This document shows, one piece after another, positions 47,760 to 59,403 of a DNA stretch of 64,000 bases. A program made the translations under genes and the position numbers. Below the pieces are notes generated by a model. It saw nothing but the letters and a program-made list of their open reading frames with translations. It did no database searches and had not been told where the DNA came from. The stretch comes from Piromyces finnis finn (lineage: Eukaryota > Fungi > Neocallimastigomycota). Location of the stretch: contig MCFH01000038.1 of assembly GCA_002104945.1 (NCBI GenBank), positions 475,434-539,433 of the forward strand. Reading direction: 5' to 3'. Numbering within the stretch: position 1 is the first letter of the stretch; the number at the start of each line of letters is the position of its first letter.

Positions 47760-49590
47760 TGTAATAATTATTATATATTTAATAATAATTATTATCTACA
47801 ATATAATAATACAAATCGTAATATGTATTATTAAATTGAGAAGTTTCTTAATAGTAAATAAAAATGAATACTTATCTTAAAGAGTTTATTATAAGTGAAT
47901 TATAATAACAAACACAAAATATTAAGACTATCTTTAATGTAAATTTTTTATGAATATGGTTTTTGAAAGGGGTATTTATTATAATTGTCTTAAAATAATA
48001 ACTCTGGATTCTTTAGTGGAATTCCAGAGTCCTTATATTTATAATTTTTTGATAATTTAAAGTTTAATAAAGAATTTCTAATCTTAACAAATAATCTTTT
48101 TAGGAAAAGACTAGAAGAAAAACCTAAAAAGATATTCGATTGATAACTAATATATCAATCATCGTAATATTAAGTAAAACCGATTAAAATTCGGAAAAAC
48201 CTTAATATCCGATTGTCCTAATATGTATTTATATTTTCTAATTGTTTCTATAAGTTATTTCAAGATACGATACATAAATATAAAATACAAACGTAAAATA
48301 AAATATATAATGTTTCTTATAAAATGTAATACAAAAATTATTAATTAAAAAATAAATGAATGTTTACTATTATTTTAAATATATTACTAAATTAAATAAA
48401 TAAATAATTAATATAGTAATTAAATAAATTTTAAATTAAGTAAATGAATAATTAATATCAATATAGATAAATGTTTATAGTAATTTAAATGAATGTATGC
48501 TAATAGTTTAAATAAATAATTAATTTAATAATTAAAAAATAATTTGTTAAGTTTTTGGATTTGGTTATGCGGCCAGGTCAGAATGTTATCAATTATATAG
48601 TAAATATGTTTTTTAAGAAATTAAATTTAACTATAAAATAACACTTTAAACTTCCAAATGAGAAATTAATATTTATTCTCTAGAATAACTTTTTTATAAA
48701 ATTTTATTTATTTATTAATAATAATATAAATGATAATATATTTAATAACTATATAATTAAGATTATAACTATAATCTTTACAAAGAATTAAAATCGAATT
48801 CAATTCATTCTATTTTATATTCTTTGTTCAGATTATTAAATTGATAAAAATAAAGTATTACATGTAATATGTTAATAATATAATAAGATTGTTTGTTTGT
48901 TTGTTTGTTTGTTTTGTCATGACATAAAATAAAATAAACATATGATTAATCATTTAAACACTTGATCCATTAATCTATTTTATAATAATTAAAATTATTT
49001 AATTTATAAATGTTAACCGTTACACCTAAATGGTTTAGTTCTATTTTTAGTAACAGTCACTATCATTAATTAAATTAATATAATTAGAATTTCTATTGAT
49101 ATCTTTTTAATTTTCGTCAAGTCATAAGAAATGTCTATGATCCATACTTGATATCATATTAATTTTAATTTACTTATTAAAATCTTCGAATGATCATATC
49201 TTCCTTAAATGACCTGTTAGAAGGACCGCGATTGTACCAAAATGTAGCCTTTTCCTTAAGCTTTCTAATAAACCTGGTTTCACAGCCGTAGCACTTACAG
49301 CCGTAGCGATCGTTTTTGGCGAGTTACACCTTGTTTCGTGTTTGTTTATTTTTGGTTAAGGGTTATAGTGTATTGATATTAAATTTTTTGAAATCATAAC
49401 CCTTTCACTGAACCAAAATTTAAAAGGTGACTTTTAAAAGTGTTTTAAAATAATTATTGGGATTATTTAATTCTAATTATTATGTTTAATTAATTATAGA
49501 TATTATCTGAATTTGTTTTAAATCCAGTTAATATCTTCACATAATTAAATAAGAATTAATTTATACAAAAAATAATTATTAATTCTTACA
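47760..49590 (-). mobile_element. Solo LTR, family A (copy A2, reverse), interrupted by solo LTR M1 (48545-49541)
   Basis: A2 has TSD CAAAA; M1 has TG...CA termini and TSD TAATT, and the A sequence resumes right after it. Confidence 0.88.
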
Positions 49591-49596
49591 CAAAAA

Positions 49597-51302
49597 TGAT
49601 ACAATATTTTCATAAAGTACCACAAAATAATTTATTTATTTTAGGACAAAGCAAATAGGGAATTATAAAATAATATATTCTAATAAAGGAAGTTAATAAT
49701 AACAATTTCAATACTTTTAATAAGTAAAATAGAAAGAAAGAAACATGTAATTTATATAATATTTTTGTTATATCTTCAATCTTTATTTATAATTAATGAA
49801 TGAAAGGTTTTTTTACAATTAAAAGAATAAGAATAATTTATATTTAAGAACAAATAATATAACCTAATAGAATTATTTAACTCCTTTAAATAATTCTCTT
49901 CCAAAATATTCTTCCCAACTAATTATTCCTCTCTTTTTTTTTTTTTTTTTTTTTTTTTTTCTCTTTGTTCTTTTTATACTATTTTTATATCATTTTTCCT
50001 ATAACTCCGCTATATTATTAGAATTATTATTACTATTATTGACTATGTACATTAATGTACATTAATAATTTATTCTACAATATTATATTATTACTATTTT
50101 CTAACCTAAATTACTTTTTTGTTAAGTTTTTGGGTTTGGTTATGCGGCCAGGTCAGAATGTTATTAATTATATAGTAAAAATGTTTTTTAAGAAATTAAA
50201 TTTAATTATAAAATAACACCTTAAACTCCCAAATGAAAAATGAAAAATTTATATTTACTTTAAAATAACTTTTTATAAATTTTTTATTTATTTAATAATA
50301 ATAATATAAATGATATTATAAGTAACTATATAATTAAGATTATAACTATAATCTTTACAAAGAATTAAAATCGAATTCAATTCATTCTCTTTTATATTCT
50401 TTGTTCAGATTATTAAATTGATATTAATAAGAATAAAGTATTACATGTAATATATTAGTAATATAATTAAATAAGTAATAAGATTGCTTGTTTGTTTGTT
50501 TGTTTGTCATGACATAAAATAAAATAAACATATGATTAATCATTTAAACAGTTGATCCTAATTAGTAATTATAAAAACTATTCAATTAATAATTCATCAT
50601 TATTAATTGATATTACCATAACATATTTGTTATAATTAAATAATTATTATTTTCAAAATTATTTCTAATAAAACTTGCCGTTAACCTATTTTATAATAAT
50701 TAAGATTATTTAATTTATAGGTGTTAACTGTTACACCTAAATGGGTCTAGTTCTATTTTTAGTAACAATCGTTATCATTAATTAAATTAATATAACTAAA
50801 ATTCCTATTGATATATTTTTAATTTCATCAAGTCATAAGAAATATTTATGATCCATACTTGATATCATATTGATTTTAATTTACCTAATAAAATCTTTAA
50901 ATGATCATAACTTCCTTAAATGATCAGTTAGAAGGACCGCGATTGTACCAAATTGTAGCTTTCTTCCTAAGCTTTCCAATAAACCTAGTTTCATCACCGT
51001 AGCACTTACAGCCGTAGCGATCGTTTTTGGCGAGTTACACCTTATTTCGTACTTGCTTATTTTTGGTTAAGGGTTATAGTGTATTGATATTAAATTTTTG
51101 AAATCATAACCCTTTCACTGAATCAAAATTTAAAAGGTGACTTTTAAAAGTGTTTTAAAATAATTATTGAAATTATTTAATTATAATTATTATGTTTAAT
51201 TAATTATAGATATTATCTGAATTTGTTTTAAATCCAGTTAATATCTTCACATCACTTTCTATATTCCTTTATAGAATTAAGATAATATTTTTCTTCGTAT
51301 CA
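49597..51302. mobile_element. LTR-like element P (TGATAC...GTATCA, C-type right end) containing solo LTR M2 (50120-51251)
   Basis: 6-bp terminal inverted repeat and A-runs on both flanks; M2 is a paralog of M1 but has no TSD, so a deletion is likely. Unity of the two halves of P is inferred. Confidence 0.6.
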
Positions 51303-51310
51303 AAAAATCG

Positions 51311-51806
51311 TGTAAAAGGTTTTTATATATATTAGTTAATAGGTTAAATATAACAAGTTAATTAAGTTAGTTATTACCTCTCTATACGAGTTAATAACTA
51401 AATAAAGTTTTATAAAAAATAATAAAAGAACTAAAATAAATATTATAACACAAAAATAAATATAAAACAAATAAATATTAATATGAAATATTATTTACTT
51501 AAATAATTATATTTTAATTATATCTTTTATTTATTTATTATAATTATCTACATTAATTATTATTATAGCTATTAATTTACTTTAATACTAACGCTAAAGT
51601 ATTTAACGTTAGTTTTGACTATACTATTTAACTATATGAGTTTATTTTCTTTACCACTTGATTGGGTAAAGCAAATAAACTTCCTATTTAATTAATAACC
51701 ATTAATATATGGTTATACATATATTTGGCCAATAAATGATGACCAGAATATGTGGTTTCAATTGAAATATTTGTGGGCAAACTTATGGCCACAAATATTT
51801 CTTACA
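51311..51806. mobile_element. Solo LTR-like element D1
   Basis: TGTAA...TTACA termini, paralog D2, 13-bp subterminal hairpin; flanks do not match as a TSD. Confidence 0.65.
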
Positions 51807-51807
51807 A

Positions 51808-52883
51808 TGATGCGTTGACCGATATATTTTTGAATAATATAATATTTTATATAAATAATAAATTCTAATATTTATGATGAAACAATAAATTTAAAATAAA
51901 ATAAAATATGTTTTATAATTAACAAATAAATCACTCAAAAACTCGAAAATAAACTCTTTTTATTATGTTTAAATTATCTCTTTATTATATTTATAATTTA
52001 TTTATTGTCTATTTATTGTCCCCCCTTTATAAAGAAGAATTTTATCTTCCTTTTATACATTTTCATTTATTACATGTATTATTATTTTTAACTATTAAAT
52101 GTTATTATTACTATTGTTATTATTTATTAAAATTAAAAGAATAAATTAAAATTATGTCTTAGTATTATAAAATATTATAGAATATTACTTATTTGATTTT
52201 CTTATTACTTCAAAATGTTTAAATTTAGAAAAATTATTATAAATTATCATTGACTATCATTAAATGTATAATACCTTGAATAAAATAATTAAAATTTAAA
52301 ATTAAAATAATATTAAAATAAAATTAAAATGAAATTAAAATATTAAAAGTATCAATTATTATAAACACTCATTTTATACAGAAACATAAAAGAGTTCTGT
52401 ATTTTATCTTTGAAATTGTTATTATTGTTCTATTTCCAGGCTTTAAATTAATCACTTTTAGTAATAATTACTCAGTTATTTATTTGTTAATTTATATATA
52501 TAAGTTTGAAAGAATATCTAAAGAACACTTGGATAAAACACTAGAATTAATAATTTAATGTATATCATTTTATTTTTTTAGTTTATTTATTCATTTTTAT
52601 TTACTTATTATTATTTTATTATTTTAATACATTTTTGGATTGAGTCGTTTTATTTTATTTAATAATTTATTTTATTATTATCTCTATTAAGTCGTTTTTA
52701 TTCATAATTTATTATTTAATAAAGAGAATATTATTTATTTAAAAGAAAGGGTTATATTTCCATAAAATTATTATTTATTCATTTTTAAGGGTTATTATCT
52801 TTTATTTTTATTATAAGTCGCTATGGGTTAAGTCGTGTTTATTCGGCTAGTTTTTATTACGTTTTTATGTGAGTAGCGTATCA
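51808..52883. mobile_element. Solo LTR-like element E2
   Basis: Inverted paralog of E1; TSD ACAA after removing element A. Confidence 0.8.
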
Positions 52884-52886
52884 ACA

Positions 52887-55800
52887 TGTAAGAATTAATA
52901 ATTATTTATTGAATAATTATTAATTCTTATTTAATTATTTTTTTAATTATTAAATTAATTAATTATTTAAATTATTAGCATACATTCATTTAAATTACTA
53001 TAAACAGTTATTTATATTAATATTAATTATTCATTTACTAAATGTAAAATTTATTTAATTATTATATTAATTAATTATTTATTTAATTTAGTAATTTATC
53101 TAAAATAATAGTAAACATTCATTTATTCTATTATTTAATAATTTTTGTATTACATTTTATAAGAAACATTATGTATTTTATTTTACGTTTGTATTTTATA
53201 TTTATGTATCGTATCTTGAAATAACTTATAGAAACAACTAGAAGATATAAATAAATATTAGGACAATCGGATATTAAGGTTTTTCCGAATTTTATTCGGT
53301 TTTACTTAATATTACGATGATTGATATATTAGTTATCAATCGAATATCTTTTTAGGTTTTTCTTCTAGTCTTTTCCTAAAAAGATTATTTGTTAATATTA
53401 GAAATTTTTTATTAAACTTTAAATTATTAAAAAATTATAAATAAAAGAACTCTGGAATACCACTTAAAAATCCAGAGTTATTATTATAAGAACTATTATA
53501 ATAAATAACCTTTATTAAAACAATATTAATAAAATATTTTAAATTAATTAACATTAAAAGTTTTGTGTTGTTTATTATACTTCCTTATAATAAACTCTTA
53601 TTAAGATAAGTATAAAATTTTATTTTAACTTCTCAGTTTAATAATACTAATTATTATTAAATTGAAGATAATAATTATTATTATATAATATATATAATAA
53701 TAATTATTACAATAATAACTCTCCTACATCAGATTGTTTAATAATTATTATTTTATTGGCATTAGAATTTCAATTCACAATATAAAATTTTGCAAAAAAT
53801 AAATAAATACAATATATTAATAATTAATAATACATAAAAAAAAAAAAAAAATTACCAATAAGAAAAAAATATATATATATATTACCAATCAATATATAAA
53901 AAAAAAAAAAAAAAAAAAAAAAATTTTTTTTTTACCAATCAAATGTATAAAAAAAAAATTTTTTAAATTCTTTGCCAATTAATTAGATATTATTGAAATT
54001 ATATATAAAAAGTTAAATTTTCAAAAAAAAAAAAAAAAAATTGATAATAATAGTAATAATAATAGATAACAATAATAACAATAACAAAAGATATATAAAC
54101 TGTATTATATTATAAAATATCAATATTTTCACAAATAAGATATACTACAATACTACAGTATTAGTAAAAAAAATATAATAATAATATCAATAAATAATAT
54201 TTTATTCTACACTGATCTTATTTTATTTTTATAATTTAAAAATAGATAATATGGAATTCAATAGTAATAGTCAAGACATACAAGAAAATACTCCAAGGAG
54301 CGATAAGGCAACTGTTGAAACTTCCAAATTAATAGCTACCCTAACAGATATTCTACCAGCATTCCTCTCGCCTAATGGGATTCTTGCAAAAGAATCAGAA
54401 ACTCAAGACGCGCCTAACTTATTGGAAATTATTGCTCAGAGTGAGGATTTCTTCGCAGAACATCCTAACTCTTTCTTGAGCGACGACAATAAGAGTTCCT
54501 TCATCATAAACAAGTTACATGGAACCACAAGGAAATGGGGGCTATCTCTATTAGCCGATGGAACTCTGAAGAATCTAAGTTATGATAATTTTAAGGAACT
54601 ACTTTTAAGGAACTTTGATGGAGGGGATAGCAGAAAAGAAAAATATGTTCTCATGGAAAAGCTATGGAAGTTAAAGCAGCAACAGTTGGGGAAAGTAACT
54701 GACTACACTATTGAATTCCGCCGCATCGCAAGTAGGATAGGATGGCAAGACGAAGTTTTCATTGATATTATTGGAAAGGGCCTACTAGATCGAGTCCGCG
54801 AAGAGTATGACAAGATTGAAAAACCAAGAACCTTGTTTGAGGCTACCAATGCTATCATAGGTATCGATAGGAAATGCTACTTAGAAAGTTATATCAGACA
54901 CAAACCAAGTAAAATTCATGGAAAACATCATAAATCTTTTGGAAGGAAAAAGCACGACTTAACTAAAGTTGAGAATAAGTTTACATCGTTCAACCAAAGA
55001 AAGGGCAAGACTAAGAGTGAAATTTTATCAGCAAATTACACTCCTAATAACAAAACCTCAATGACAACTGTTTTCACTATTCACATAAAGGGAAAAGTCA
55101 TCAAATGTAATTTTTTGATTGACTCAGGATCTGCGAAAAGCTTTATCTGCCGAACCTTTGCTACCAACAACAAATTACCAACTTCAGGTCTCACCTCTCC
55201 CATCAATATTCAGCTTCCCAACAGTAAAAACATGACCATCAGACATGTTACTACCCCTTTGAAGCTCAAGTTAATGGATCATGTTGAGGATTACGAATTT
55301 TTTATTGGTAATCTTCAACTTCACGGCATCTGTGGAATTCTAGGAAGGGATTGGCTTGCAATTCATAATCCTTATATTAATTTTAAAACAAATAAAATAT
55401 ATTTCTTGGATTATTATTGCAAAGATCATTGTAAGTCTTGTAGAGGTAATAAATTTGTTTTTAAATCAAAAGATGTTACAGCTACAATAGTTTATAATGA
55501 AAACTGTATTAACGACTCTATTATCCCGGAGAATATCACAGAAGAAGAAATCCAAGACCACAACTACAACTGGTGCAACGCTATGATAGAGATGGGAACT
55601 ATCATAGATGGGAAGGCTACCGAGGATGCAACCATCAGCAAAGCTCTAGCCAAAGAAGACATTATAAAGAAGTACTACTCTAATTTAATGAAGGTGTTCG
55701 AAAAGACAGAAGCCGACAAACTTCCACCTCATCGAGTTTATGACATTTCGATTGACTTAATACCAAATAGTCAATTATACTTTGGTCCAATATATTCATT

Positions 55801-58800
55801 AACAGTTGTCGAGTTAGAAACCTTAAAAAAATATATTAATGAAAATCTTGAAAAGGGTTTCATTCGAAAGTCCAAGTCACCAGCCGGTGCTCCTGTCTTG
55901 TTCGTGAAAAAACATGACGGATCCCTTCGACTATGTGTAGACTACCGACGTTTGAACGCAGTTACCATCAGGAACAGCTACCCCCTTCCAAAGATTAATG
56001 ATTTGATTGAATCATTCAAAAGTGCTTCAATCTTTACTAGGCTCGATCTTAGATCAGCCTATAATTTGGTTCGTGTCAAGGAAGGCCACGAATATTTAAC
56101 TGCTTTCCGAACTCCGCTTGGACATTATGAATATCTTGTAATGCCCTTCGGTCTTCGTAACGCACCTTCGGTCTTTCAAAGATTCATACAAGATGTGCTT
56201 ACAGATGTTATCGGTTCTTATGCTCAAGTCTATTTAGATGATATAATTATTTATTCAAAAAATATAGACGAGCATATCAAGCATGTCAAGAAAATACTTC
56301 AACTCCTTATCGATAATGGCCTCTATGTGAAACTCGAAAAATGCGATTTTCACGTTAAGTCAACTACATTCTTAGGATTCAATGTCTCTCCAAATGGCCT
56401 TACAATGGATCCTGACAAGGTGAAATCAATCTTGGATTGGCCAACGCCAAAAAACTTAAAAGAACTCCAGAGTTTTTTGGGTTTATGCAACTTTTACAGA
56501 AAGTTCATAAAAAACTTTGCCGAAATAATGGAACCTCTTCGTAGACTACTAAAAGGTAACTCTGTTTTCAATTGGGATACTCAAGCTGAACGGTCCTTCA
56601 ATCTACTTAAACAGGCTTTTAAAAATGACGAATTACTTATCTTTCCAAATCCAGACAAAGAATTCGTAGTTGAATCAGACGCAAGTGACTTTGCGTTAGG
56701 ATGCGTTCTCTCACAAATTAGCGATAAAGATAATATGTTACATCCTGTAGCATTTTACTCAAGATCTTTGAACAAAGCTGAAGCTAACTACACTATCTAT
56801 GATAAGGAGCTTCTTGCTGTTATTACTGCCTTTGATGTATGGAGACATCATTTAGAAGGCGCAAAGTTCCCAATTCAAGTTATCACCGATCACAAAAATC
56901 TACTCTATTGGAAAAAGCCTCAACGTCTTAATCAGAGACAAATCCGCTGGGGCATGTTCTTGTCAAAATTTGATTATAGAATTTCTTTCAGACCCGGTGC
57001 TAGAAGTGGGAAGCCTGACTCGCTCTCAAGAAGGCCAGATTACAAACCAAATGAATATAAATCTAATGAATATATCATTCCTGAAAAGAATATTTGCTGT
57101 GCCACAAGAGATAATATTAATAATCTTATTGAGTCACAGAGGTCTGATAAATATTGTAGAAACATCCTTTCCAAAATCAAATCAGGGACTGAAATAAAAA
57201 GTGCCTTGTTCAAAATCGTCGACGGTGTTCTCCATTTTCAAAACCGTATATTAGTGCCATCTGCGTTGAAAGGAAACATATTAAAATCCTTTCATGATAC
57301 TCCTACAAATGGTCACCAGGGTATTGACAAAACGCTTGAAAAACTTAAACGTTACTACTGGTGGCCTAATATGAAAAATGATGTTAGAAATTTTGTCCTT
57401 TCATGTAAAACTTGTGGAAAGAACAAAATAAGAAGACATAAACCATATGGTAAGATTCAACCTCTCCCTGTTCCTAACAAGCCATGGGAAATAATAGGTG
57501 TAGACTTCATTGTCTACCTTCCAAGCTCTCAGGACTGCTCTTGTATTATGGTTGTATCGGATCATTTTACTAAAATGATTCATTTAATTCCCTGCTCCGA
57601 CGTACCCTCTGCTGACCTAACAGCTAAACTTTTGTTATTCAATGTATTTCGCTACCATGGATTTCCTAAGGTAATAGTTTCGGATCACGGTACCCAGTTC
57701 TCCTCCGAATATTGGACTTCGCTTTGTTCGGCCTTGCATGTAAAGCCTCGACTTGCTACAGCTCACCATCAACAGTCAAATGGACAAGTCGAGAGAGCCA
57801 ACTCAGTGATTGAACAATATCTTCGCTGTTACTGTTCTTCGGCACAACATGAATGGTTTTCTTATCTTCCCTTATGTGAGTTAGCTTATAACAATTCTCT
57901 TCACAAGTCTATAGGAATGTCGCCATTTTTCGCCAATTATGGGTTCCATCCGGAATGTAATATTGATTCTCCCCCGATTCTACTTAAGGATAACGCTTCA
58001 TCTCTTACTAGAGATTGGTCGTCCCATTTTAATGCCTTAAAAAAACAACTAAATCAAGCTAAAGAAGACTTCAAGAAGTATAGAGATAATCACAAATCCA
58101 CGGGTCCAGAGCTTAAGGTCAATGATATGGTTTGGCTCAAGCGCCATTATTTTACTAATGAACCTGCTAAGAAGCTAGCTTCTCAATATTTAGGACCATT
58201 CCGCATTTCTGAAAAGAGGGAACGTATGAATTACAGGCTTGAATTACCAGAAAATCTTAACATTCATCCTGTATTTCATATTTCACAATTGGAACCTTAT
58301 ACGAGTAGAAATCCTGAACTAAAGGAACATTTATAAAGGGAGCAATGTAAGAATTAATAATTATTTATTGAATAATTATTAATTCTTATTTAATTATTTT
58401 TTTAATTATTAAATTAATTAATTATTTAAATTATTAGCATACATTCATTTAAATTACTATAAACAGTTATTTATATTAATATTAATTATTCATTTACTAA
58501 ATGTAAAATTTATTTAATTATTATATTAATTAATTATTTATTTAATTTAGTAATTTATCTAAAATAATAGTAAACATTCATTTATTCTATTATTTAATAA
58601 TTTTTGTATTACATTTTATAAGAAACATTATGTATTTTATTTTACGTTTGTATTTTATATTTATGTATCGTATCTTGAAATAACTTATAGAAACAACTAG
58701 AAGATATAAATAAATATTAGGACAATCGGATATTAAGGTTTTTCCGAATTTTATTCGGTTTTACTTAATATTACGATGATTGATATATTAGTTATCAATC

Positions 58801-59170
58801 GAATATCTTTTTAGGTTTTTCTTCTAGTCTTTTCCTAAAAAGATTATTTGTTAAGATTAGAAATTTTTTATTAAACTTTAAATTATTAAAAAATTATAAA
58901 TAAAAGAACTCTGGAATACCACTTAAAAATCCAGAGTTATTATTATAAGAACTATTATAATAAATAACCTTTATTAAAACAATATTAATAAAATATTTTA
59001 AATTAATTAACATTAAAAGTTTTGTGTTGTTTATTATACTTCCTTATAATAAACTCTTATTAAGATAAGTATAAAATTTTATTTTAACTTCTCAGTTTAA
59101 TAATACTAATTATTATTAAATTGAAGATAATAATTATTATTATATAATATATATAATAATAATTATTACA
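52887..59170 (+). mobile_element. Full-length Ty3/gypsy element A; 825-bp LTRs at 52887-53711 and 58346-59170
   Basis: TG...CA LTRs with one visible mismatch, polypurine tract AAAGGGAGCAA, TSD CAACA/CAAAA. Confidence 0.97.
54251..58336 (+). CDS. Intact Gag-Pol polyprotein of element A (1361 aa, no chromodomain)
   Basis: LIDSGS; MPFGLRNAP; YLDD; ESDAS; HD...GH...CKTC; DFI..D..S; GPF...HPVFHISQLEPY, then stop. Confidence 0.96.
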   Translation: MEFNSNSQDIQENTPRSDKATVETSKLIATLTDILPAFLSPNGILAKESETQDAPNLLEIIAQSEDFFAEHPNSFLSDDNKSSFIINKLHGTTRKWGLSLLADGTLKNLSYDNFKELLLRNFDGGDSRKEKYVLMEKLWKLKQQQLGKVTDYTIEFRRIASRIGWQDEVFIDIIGKGLLDRVREEYDKIEKPRTLFEATNAIIGIDRKCYLESYIRHKPSKIHGKHHKSFGRKKHDLTKVENKFTSFNQRKGKTKSEILSANYTPNNKTSMTTVFTIHIKGKVIKCNFLIDSGSAKSFICRTFATNNKLPTSGLTSPINIQLPNSKNMTIRHVTTPLKLKLMDHVEDYEFFIGNLQLHGICGILGRDWLAIHNPYINFKTNKIYFLDYYCKDHCKSCRGNKFVFKSKDVTATIVYNENCINDSIIPENITEEEIQDHNYNWCNAMIEMGTIIDGKATEDATISKALAKEDIIKKYYSNLMKVFEKTEADKLPPHRVYDISIDLIPNSQLYFGPIYSLTVVELETLKKYINENLEKGFIRKSKSPAGAPVLFVKKHDGSLRLCVDYRRLNAVTIRNSYPLPKINDLIESFKSASIFTRLDLRSAYNLVRVKEGHEYLTAFRTPLGHYEYLVMPFGLRNAPSVFQRFIQDVLTDVIGSYAQVYLDDIIIYSKNIDEHIKHVKKILQLLIDNGLYVKLEKCDFHVKSTTFLGFNVSPNGLTMDPDKVKSILDWPTPKNLKELQSFLGLCNFYRKFIKNFAEIMEPLRRLLKGNSVFNWDTQAERSFNLLKQAFKNDELLIFPNPDKEFVVESDASDFALGCVLSQISDKDNMLHPVAFYSRSLNKAEANYTIYDKELLAVITAFDVWRHHLEGAKFPIQVITDHKNLLYWKKPQRLNQRQIRWGMFLSKFDYRISFRPGARSGKPDSLSRRPDYKPNEYKSNEYIIPEKNICCATRDNINNLIESQRSDKYCRNILSKIKSGTEIKSALFKIVDGVLHFQNRILVPSALKGNILKSFHDTPTNGHQGIDKTLEKLKRYYWWPNMKNDVRNFVLSCKTCGKNKIRRHKPYGKIQPLPVPNKPWEIIGVDFIVYLPSSQDCSCIMVVSDHFTKMIHLIPCSDVPSADLTAKLLLFNVFRYHGFPKVIVSDHGTQFSSEYWTSLCSALHVKPRLATAHHQQSNGQVERANSVIEQYLRCYCSSAQHEWFSYLPLCELAYNNSLHKSIGMSPFFANYGFHPECNIDSPPILLKDNASSLTRDWSSHFNALKKQLNQAKEDFKKYRDNHKSTGPELKVNDMVWLKRHYFTNEPAKKLASQYLGPFRISEKRERMNYRLELPENLNIHPVFHISQLEPYTSRNPELKEHL

Positions 59171-59186
59171 CAAAAATTAATGTTAT

Positions 59187-59268
59187 GTCAGTTTGTCCGA
59201 GTGGTTAAGGAGTCAGACTTGAAATCTGATGGGCTTTGCCCGCGCAGGTTCAAACCCTGCAGCTGACG
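59187..59268 (+). tRNA. tRNA-Ser (TGA)
   Basis: 82 nt; TCAGA-CTTGAAA-TCTGA anticodon arm, long variable arm GGGC-TTT-GCCC, GGTTCAA T-loop, downstream T6. Confidence 0.97.
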
Positions 59269-59331
59269 AATTATTTTTTAATTTAAATATATAAAAATAA
59301 ATATATTTTAAAAAATTAATAATAAATAATT

Positions 59332-59403
59332 AGGGGCGTTCCGGATTTGAACCGAAGACCTATTGATCTGCAGTCAATTGCTCTACCGCTGAGCTAACAC
59401 CCC
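59332..59403 (-). tRNA. tRNA-Cys (GCA)
   Basis: Reverse complement GGGGTGTTAGCTCAGCGGTAGAGC-ATTGA-CTGCAGA-TCAAT...GGTTCAAATCC...CGCCCC-T. Confidence 0.96.

Noticed and set aside
48560-48585. TGCGGCCA resembling a 5S rRNA 5' end (also ~50145)
   Set aside because: No further 5S similarity or internal promoter; it is part of the M LTR.
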